64,000 nt of DNA, taken from assembly GCA_964555875.1 (NCBI GenBank), contig CAZKUD010000004.1, forward strand, positions 3,580 through 67,579. Direction: 5' to 3'. Of the stretch, positions 53,777-63,100 are shown in pieces. This DNA is from an uncultured archaeon (lineage in GTDB: Archaea > Aenigmatarchaeota > Aenigmatarchaeia > QMZP01). The position numbers and the translations under genes are program-made. Below the pieces are notes generated by a model. It saw only the letters and a list, made by a program, of their open reading frames with translations, was not told the origin of the DNA and did no database searches. Each line of letters begins with the position of its first letter. The first letter of the stretch is position 1.

Positions 53777-54184
53777 TCATCCCTTTCTGATTTCCCGTAT
53801 GATCCTGCTAGTGCTGTATCCAGGAAGCCTTTTCTTTATCCTGACAACCTTGCATTTTATGCCCATTGCCTTCAGGCGTTTTCTTATTTCATTATCGTCC
53901 TGGTCGAAGCCCAAGGCTATCACGTCTGGTTTCTCCTCCCTTACCGCCTTCATCATGTCTGACGGGTGGCCCACCCTCACCTTGTCGACGAACCCCAGGC
54001 TGCCCACCATATCCTTCCTGTCCTTTGCAGAGAACGAGAGCCTGCCGCTCTTTCTGCCGGCTGTCCTGTCATGGGCCACCACCACCACCAGGCTGGTGCC
54101 CAGCCTCCTGGCGGCCTTCAGGAAGAATATGTGCCCCGGATGGAGCAGGGAGAACACGCCGCCGACAAGGACCTTCCTTCCCAT
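53777..54184 (-). CDS. ribL: Cytidylyltransferase-family nucleotidyltransferase, archaeal FAD synthase RibL-like
   Basis: GGVFSLLHPGHI (HxGH) motif, 135 aa. Similar to archaeal RibL/PPAT-type enzymes. Confidence 0.6.
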   Translation of the reverse strand: MGRKVLVGGVFSLLHPGHIFFLKAARRLGTSLVVVVAHDRTAGRKSGRLSFSAKDRKDMVGSLGFVDKVRVGHPSDMMKAVREEKPDVIALGFDQDDNEIRKRLKAMGIKCKVVRIKKRLPGYSTSRIIREIRKG

Positions 54185-57100
54185 CAGCCCCTCCTTACCG
54201 TGAGCGCGTATCCGGAACCGGTCTTGTTGCTCTCCAGGATAAGCTTGTGGGTCCCTGGGTTGAGTATCAGGTCGCTCTGCACGTCTATGTTGCCGTAGCC
54301 CAGCAGGCTCTTGACCGTGCTGTAAAGTCCCAGCCCGTAGCCGAAGCTCGGGGAAGGCTTCTCCAGGAACTGCTGGGACTTTATCAGGCCCATCTTCTCC
54401 TCTATCGCCCTCCAGTCACCCTTCGTGAAGACCAGGAAGGCCAGCGGGTTGTCCTTGCCCAGGGCGACTGTCATGGTGTGGGAGGAGGGGGTCTTGTCGT
54501 ATCTCAGGAACTCGGGATTCTGGTAGGCGAAGACCAGGCCGTAAAGGACCCCGCTCCCGTAGCTGGCGAGGTAATAGCTGGGCGGGCTGTTCCAGACAGT
54601 CCCCCACTGGCTGGCTGGCTTGGCGCCTGCCCCGGGCACGTAAACCATGTTGCTGGTGTTGTTGATGGTCAGGCTTATGGTCAGGTTGCCCACGGCCGCG
54701 CCTGACACTGTCAGGGTGTCGTTCTCTGACTTGCTGTCATACCCTCCCCTATGGCATGTGACGTTCCAGCCGTATGTCCCGTGGCTGCTGAATGACCTGC
54801 TGAAGGTGTAAAGGGCTGTGGGTATGCTGTAGGACATCTGGTACTGCCCGTCGCTGAAGCTTATGTTGCAGCTGCTGCTCGTTAGCGCGCTGCCGCCTGA
54901 GGTGTAGTTGGCGTAGAAGCCGACAGACTGCCCGACCCTTATGGTCTGCCCGCCGCCCGCAGGGTCTCCGCTGTCCCATATGCTCAGTAAGGACGCCTGG
55001 GTGTCGCATATGTTGTCTATCCCGTCAGCGTCATCGTCCTGCCCTGTGTTAACCTGGTTCGGGCACATGTCGCACACCATGTTCGGGTCCCCGTAGAGGC
55101 TCGTGTTCACGCCCTCTGTCCAGCCGTCCTGGTCGAAGTCTGCCTTGGCGCAGGTCCAGCCCGTCCCCCTGCTGGTCAGGCTGTCGCAGACATAGAAGAC
55201 CTTCTTGTAAGAGCTCACCTGGTCGCCGTCCTCGTCCGTCACGTTCACGTAGGCCCTGTACATGCCATCAGAGTTGGGGGCGGGCACGGTCCCGTTGCAC
55301 TCCACGGTCGAGCCCGAGCCCCCTGTCTTCGTCAGGGTCCCTGACCAGACAACCGAGCCAGAGGAGTCCTCTATGTAGGCGTTGCATGCAGCGGACTGGA
55401 AGTTTCCGCTGTCCGCTGTCCTGAAGCTGGCTCCTATCAGCGCGCCGTCAGTGCTGCGGTAGAATGGCTCTGTCATGTTTATGGACGCTGCTGTCGGGAC
55501 AGGCATGACGTTTATCCCTATCGTCCTGCTCCCCCCATTGGTGCCCGTGTTGTCTGCGCCGTCCGTTGCGTTGGCGGAGAGCTGGTAGCTCCCGTCATCG
55601 TCAGTGTAGGTGGTGGCGTACAGGCAGTTCCCGTCGCTGGACTGCACGACCGTCCCGTCAAGGTCGAAGGCGCACCTGCATATGCCTGACGGGTCGCTGG
55701 ACGGTATCGCCCTGTACCTTATGGTGCCCCCGTATGGTATGTTCACGAAGTTCGAGGAGTTTATCGGCCCGACCTCTACTGAGGAGACGGTCGGCGGCGT
55801 GTTCTCATAGACTGTCGGGCTCCTGGTGCCTGCCCCATTGTCCGGGGAGCCGTCCGAAAGCGAGTTGGTTATGGAGATGGAGTATGTCTTTGCCTGTGGC
55901 GAGGACACCCCTCCACAGTTCAGGGTGACATCAAACCCGTTCAGCGGGTTCCCTGCTCCCACCTGGCCCGGGTCATGGTCTATCCTTCCGACCTGGTCCT
56001 GGGTGGACACGTACCTGAGCTTGTTGGCGTTGGTGCCGCTCATCGTGCAGTTGGAAGCGTTGTACGGGAAGTACCTGGTCGGGTCTGTGGCGTCGCCCAG
56101 GATTATGGAGATCGAATTGTAGCTGCCTGAGCCCACCACCCTTACCGTGTAGTTGGTGAAGACATAGTGCCTCTGCAGGTGTCCCACGGAAACCGTTGTC
56201 CCGCCTACGGCTGACGGGCTTGTCGTGTAAGGTATGGTGGTGCAGCCCACAGTCGACCAGCCCTGGCTCGGGCACGCGCCCACGCCGTAGCAGTCGCTGT
56301 CGGCGCAGTCATAGTAGCCGTCGGCGTCATTGTCCAGGCCGTCCGTGCAGCTGGTTTCGGTCCCGTATTCGCACCATCCCACTCCGTTGCAGTCCACGTC
56401 AGCGCAGTCTGCCCCTCCCTGCGCGTCATTGTCGAAGCCGTCGAAGCAGCTGGTTTCGGTCCCGTATTCGCATGCCTCCCCGTTGGCCGTGGAGCCTATC
56501 TCCCCTGAGCAGTTTATGTCCGCGCAGTCTGTTATTCCTGTCGGCATCATGTGGTCATTGTCCAGGCCGTCCGAGCAGGATGACCAGGTGTAGTTCTCCT
56601 CTCCCGGGCAGGGGCCGCATGAGCCGAACTTCCTGTTGCAGTCAGGGTCGGTGCAGTCAGTGCCGCCGTTGGGCCAGCCCTGGGAGTTGTCCCCGTCGTC
56701 ATCATAGTTGTTGTTGCAGAACTGGTAGTGCTGGGCGAGGTTGAACTCGTATGGGTAGCAGACCTCGTTCGGGTTGGCCGGGTTGGCCACCCCCAGGCAG
56801 TCCACGTCAGCGCAGTCTATGTTGGCCGCAGGACCTGTGTATGTCATGGAGGGGTTGTCCAGGTCATTGTCTATGTTGTCGAAGCACTGGCTGTCATTAA
56901 CCTGCCCGTACCTGTTGTGCCTCTCATTGGTCGGGCACGTGTCGGTCCCGTTCGTCTGGCCCCTGCAGTCATAGTCCCTGCAGTCCGAGCCGCCGGTCTG
57001 GCTGCAGCTCCTGCTGTTGGAGCCGTCGTCATAGTCATTGTTTATGCCGTCGAAGCACCAGCCAGCCAAATTGCTCTCGTTGGACGGGCAGGGGTCTGAA

Positions 57101-60100
57101 GTGGACGTGCCTCCCTTCTGCCAGCAGACTGTCGGGTCGCAGCAGTCTATGTAGTCGGTGTAGCCCGTGCTGTACGGGGTGGATGCGTCCTGGTCATTGT
57201 CGAACAGGTCTGCGCATGCTGTCCTCCAGGGGTAGAATGACTCATGGGTGGCGTTGCTGAAGCCAGCCCCCTCCTGGTACTCGCACAGGTTGGTCATGTC
57301 CTGGTAGTCGCCGGGCTTCAGGTCGCAGTCGGCGTCCGCGCAGTCGTACCCGTCCTGGGCGTCGTTGTTGAAGCAGTCGTAGCAGGTGAGCTCCAGGCCG
57401 TACTCGCAATAGGCGTTCCCTGAGGTGCAGTTTGTGCCGCCTATGAACCCGTCGCAGTCCTGGTCAGCGCAGTTGGGGTAGTAGTCCAGGTCGTTGTCGG
57501 GCACGTATCCGCTCACTGCCGGGTCAGAGCATGGCGCGGATATTGTCCCTGACATCTCCTCTGTCTCGTTCCAGTTGGTGGGTGCCGAGGAGCTTACTAT
57601 TATGGGCACGTCGTAGATTATCAGGTTGGAGCCGTACTGAGTTATGGAGACCGTTATGTTGTGCTCGCCAGAAGACCATCCGCTGGTCAGGTTGACGTAC
57701 ATGACCATGTCTATGTCGCCTGTGTAGCCTGATGCGTCCTCCGCCTTGTAGGTCACGTTCTGGCCGCCTGACTGGGCTATCTGGTCGCTTGTGAGGTTAT
57801 GAGAGCCCGGTGCAGGGTACTTGCCGTACGAAACGAATCCGTCATCGAGGTCTGTCAGGGCGAAGGCTATCGGCTGTCCGGTGGAGTAGCTGCCCCCGTC
57901 GAACCTGAACTTCAGCGTGCCGCCGTTCTGGACGTACCTGGTGTAATAGTATGTCGTGGAGTGCCCGCCCACTGTCTTGGTCTCCCAGCATATGCCGTTC
58001 GAGCATGTCCCCCCGAACGGGTCGTCGACTGGCGTATGGTTGGCGCAGGAGTAGGTTATGCCTCCGCAGTACTGGTCACCGCAGTCCGACAGGACGTTCC
58101 CGTCATTGTCCTGGCCGTCATGGCACCAGCCCTCTATGTTGACGCCCCTGCTCATTGCCACCGCGAAGGCTACGTCACCGGAGTAGTCGCACCTGTAGGT
58201 GTTGTTGAAGAACACCTTGTCGAACTGGAGGAAGCAGTCGAGCGCCCTGTAGGCGTCGTCGCCTATGTCGTCGAACCTGTTCCAGGTGTTCCCGTGGACG
58301 AATATCTTCTTGCCCAGCCAGGGCTCCCTCCCGTAGTCTGTAGCGTTGGTGTACAGGAGCCCCCTCCCTGAATTGTACAGGGAGCAATTGTGCACCCACC
58401 AGGGAGAGGTCTTGTTGTAGGAGTCCGAGAAGCTCATGTTGTGGTTAAGGTATTCCTGGCCGTTGCTCACGCTGCTGCCAAGCGTCTTGTTCAGGTAAAG
58501 CATGCTGCCGTTGGACATCTCTATCTCGCACTCGAGTATGCTGCCCGAAGAGGCGCTGAAGTTTTGGAATGTTATGTTGAAGTCGAACTTGTGCGTGCCC
58601 GGTATGGTCGCATTATAGGGCTCGTAAACGCCCTCCGGGAAGCTTATGTTGAGCCAGGCCACCACAGTCGTCAGGTTGGCTGGGTACGGGCCCAGGTCGT
58701 TGACGAACCCTGTCACGTTGGCCCCGTTGGTTGCGTTGTAGGGATACTGTGAGCCGTAGTCCCCGAAACCGTCGCCGTCAGTGTCGAATATCTGCAGGGT
58801 GCTGAGGTCGTCCCACGTGTTGCCCTCGTGTTGGTAGCCCTGGGGCTTGGATGTGTTTGTCCTGTAGAACATGTTGCCTGAAACTGAGCCAGCATGGTAG
58901 CCAATGCTTCCGGTGAAATTGTTGGAGTAGAGCACGTTGCCGACCGAGTTGTCTGTCAGGTTTGCCCCTATCTGGTTTTCCAGGAATGTGTTGTTGCTGA
59001 TGGTGTTGTTTTCAGCGCTGTCCAGGTGTATTCCTATCTGGCTGCTGTCGCGCACGGTGTTGAGGCATACTGAGTTGTTGTCTGCTGAATCCAGCAGTAT
59101 GCCAACAGGGTTCCTTTCCAAGGCGTTGCCGGAAACCGTGATGTTTTCAGCGCTGTCCAGGTAGATGCCGGACTGGCTGCTGTCGCGCACGGTGTTGAGC
59201 CGGATTGAGTTGAAAATTGAGTTGTAGTCATAGATGCCTATGTAATTGTAATCCGCTGTGTTGTTGTACACAGTAATGTTCTCGGAAGTGTCCAGGTAGA
59301 CGCCCTGGGCGTTGGAGCTTACATTATTCTGTTCCAGCGTGCCGTTGTTTGACAGCTCGACAATAACGCCTGAATTGCTGTTGTTGTACAGGGTGTTCTC
59401 CCACACATGGCTGGAGTTGCTGTCATGCAGCATGATGGCATCAGTGAAGTTGAGTATGGTGCAGTTGAAGATGGAAACGTTCTCCTGGCCTGTCACGTTT
59501 ATGGCTATCCCGGAGCCGTCTCCCCTCAGGATGTAGTCGGCGCAGTCGAACGTGATGTTGCTGGCGTTTATTATGAAGCAGTCCCCTGTCACGTTCAGGT
59601 CCTGTATCATGGTGGTGTCGTTGTTTATGAAGCCGCAGCTCAGGTCGCAGACGTTGTCTATCCCGTCAGCGTCGTCGTCCCTTCCCGTGTTCACCTGGCC
59701 CGGGCACATGTCGCACACGAAACCCTGCCCGTACATGCTTATGGTGACGCCCTCTGTCCAGCCGTCCTGGTCGAAGTCTGCCTTGGCGCAGGTCCAGCCC
59801 GTCCCATTGCTGGCCAGGCTGTCGCAGACATAGAATACCCTGGATTCGGAGCTCACCTGGTCGCCGTCCTCGTCCGTTATGTTTACGTAGACCGTGTACA
59901 GCATGTCGATGTTCGGCACTGGTATGGTCCCGTTGCATTCAGCTGCCCCTGAGCCCAGGCTGGTCTTCGTCAGGGTGCCGGAGGAATATACACTGCCCAT
60001 GGCGTCCTGGATGTAATAGTTGCAGGTCCCCGGGAAGCTCCCGTCGCTGGAGGTCTGGAAGCTGGCGCCGAAGCCCATGTCCTCTGTGCTGTAGAAGAAG

Positions 60101-63100
60101 GGCTCTGTCTTGTTTATATTGGTGCTGGTAGAAACGGGCATGACGTTTATCTGGAACGTCCTGCTGCCTCCGTAGGAGCCCAGGTTGTTGGCCCTGTCCC
60201 TGGACCTGGCCCGTACGGTGTAGACGCCGTCGTCCTGGGTGTATGTCGTGGAGTAAGTGCAGTCGCCGTCAGTGTTCGGGAAGGAGGAGCTGTCCAGGTC
60301 GAACTGGCACTGGCATATGCCCGAAGGGTCATTGCTCGCGTTTGCCCTGTACCTTACGGTGCCCCCGTAGGGTATGTTTATCCCGTCAGTGGCATTGACC
60401 GGGCCCGCCTCTATCCTGTGGACTGAAGGCGCCACGTTCTCGTATATGGTGTAGCTGTGGGTCTTGCTGCCTGATTCCGTCCCGCTGCTCAGCTGGTTGC
60501 TTATGGTCACCGGGTAGGATTCTGACTGCGCGCTCTCGTTCCCGCCGCATGTCAGGGATATCGAGAAGCCGTTCAGTGGGGTGGACTGGGAGACGTTTAT
60601 GTCCTGTATGGTTCCCAGGTCGTCACCGCTGGTCACCCACTGGAGGCTGTCTGTCGGGTCTATAAGGGTGCAGTTGGTGGCATTGAAGGGGAAGGGGTCA
60701 GCAGGCGGGGAGGTCTTGCCTATTATCATGGCTATCGCCCAGTAAGTGCCTGTTCCGGTTATGTTTATCGTGAAGTTGTCATAGACATGCAGCCTGTACA
60801 GGTGGTTGGTGTATATGGTGCTGGAGCCCACCCGGGAGTTGCCTGTCCAGGCGGGCACTGTCAGGCACCCCACAGTGGACCAGAGCTTGGGGGAGCATGT
60901 GCCCACTCCATAGCAGTCAGTATCCACACAGTCAATGTAGCCGTCGGCATCATTGTCCAAATCGTCTGAGCAGGTGGTTTCGGTTCCGTGCTCGCACCAT
61001 CCCACGCCGTTGCAGTCGCTGTCGGCGCAGTCAGCCCCTCCCTGCGCATCGTTGTCGAAGCCGTCGAAGCAGCTGGTTTCGGTCCCGTATTCGCATCTCT
61101 CCCCGTTGGCCGTGGAGCCTATCTCCCCTGAGCAGTTTATGTCAGCGCAGTCCTGGCCATCCGTGAAGGAATCCGCAGTGTTGTCATAGTCATCGTCCAG
61201 GCCGTTGGCGCATGAGTCCCAGGTCACGTTCTCCTCCTCCGGGCAGGGGCCGCATCCGTTGAACTGCTGGTAGCAGTCAGAGTCTCCGCAGTCAGTGCCC
61301 CCTGGCCATCCCGCATGGGCGTCCCCGTCATTGTCGAAGCTGTCAGCGCAGAACTGGTAGTGCTGGGCGAGGTTGAACTCGTAAGGATAGCAGACTTGAT
61401 TCGGGTTGGCCGGGTTGGCGACCCCGAGGCAGTCCAGGTCAGCGCAGTCTATGTTGGCCGCTGGCGCGTTGTATGTCATGGACGGGTTGTCCAGGTCGTT
61501 GTCTATGCCGTCGAAGCACTGGGAGGCGTTGAACTGGCCTGTCAGGTTGTAGGCCTCATGGACAGGGCAGGTGTGCGTGGTGTTGGAGACGCCCCTGCAG
61601 TCATAGTCCCTGCAGTCGGCCCCTGTGTTCACGTTGCAGTCGGCGTTGTTGGAGCCGTCGTCATAGTCGTTGTCTATGCCGTCATGGCACCAGCTGCCGA
61701 CCGTGTTGTTGGCGGTATTATTCTCCTGTGCCGGGCAGGGGAAGTTGGAGGTGTCCGTGCTGGTCCCGCCCTTCTGCCAGCAGACGGTGGTGTCGCAGCA
61801 GTCTATGTTGAGCAGCGGGCCGTACGGGGAGGCTGCGTCCTGGTCATTGTCGAACGTGTCCTGGCAGGCGGTCTTCCAGGGGTAGAATGATTCGTGCGTG
61901 GCGTTGCTGAAGCCGGCCCCCTCCTGGTACTCGCAGAGGTTGGTCATGTCCTGGTAGTCCCCGGGCTTCAGGTCGCATTCCGCCTCCGCGCAGTCGTACC
62001 CGTCCTCTGCGTCGTTGTTGAAGCAGTCATAGCATGTGAGCTCCAGCCCGTACTCGCAGTAGGCGTCTCCCCCCGTGCAGTCCGAGCCTCCCACCTGCAG
62101 GTCGCAGTCCTGGTCAGCGCAGTTAGAATAGTAGTCCATGTCGTTGTCCCAGGAGTCAGCGCAGGGGTCGTCTATAACGCCCGCCATCGGGTCGCTCTCG
62201 TTCCAGGCCGTTGGGGAGCTGTCGTTTATGTAGAGGGGGATGTTCTCTATCAGCAGGCTGTCGCCGTACTGCGTTATGGTCAGCTCGAAGGTGGTCTGGC
62301 CTTCCCCGTAGCTGCTCAGGTTGGTGTACAGGACCATGTCTATGTCGCCGGAATAGCTGCTCTGCTCCCAGGCCTTGCATGTTATCCCGCTGGTTGACGT
62401 CTGGGTCAGGTTGTGGGAGCCCGGGCCCGCGTACTTGTCGCAGCCTGTCCAGTTGCCTGACTGGAGGCTGGTTATGGCGAACTCCATTATCCTCCCCTGG
62501 GCGTCGTTGTGGTTGCCTGCATCGAACCTGACCTTCAGGGACTCTGTAGAGCTGTTCCTGACGTACTGGTTGAAGTAATATGTCACAGGGTACCCGCCGA
62601 CAGTGGCTGTCTCGCTGCAGACGCCGTTGCTGCAGACGGCGGTCCCGGAGTAGTTGAAGGCAGGGTCAGGGAGCGACGGGTGGCTGAGGCAGGAGTACGT
62701 TATGCCGCTGCAGTCGTCGTCAGAGCAGTCGGTTGCCGCATCCGTGTCGTCGTCCTGGCCGTTATGGCACCAGCCCTCCACCTGGGCTCCCTGGGACATC
62801 TTGACCGAGAACGTCACGTCTCCCGCCCAGTCGCACCTCCTGGTGTTGTTGAAGTATACCTTGTCGAAGCCCTGGTAGCACGACTGGGCCTTGTAGCCGT
62901 CGTCAGTCTGGGTGTCGAACTTGGTCCAGAAGTTCCCGTGGACGAATATGTTCTTCCGGAGCGGGCTGCCGTAGTCGGATGAGTTGGTGTAAATGGCTGA
63001 ACCTCCCTCGCTGGCCCTCAGGGAGCAGTTGTAGACGTACCATGGCTGGTCCCTGTCTATGTAGCTGCTGTCCCAGTCATTGGCAGTCAGGGTGTAGCTC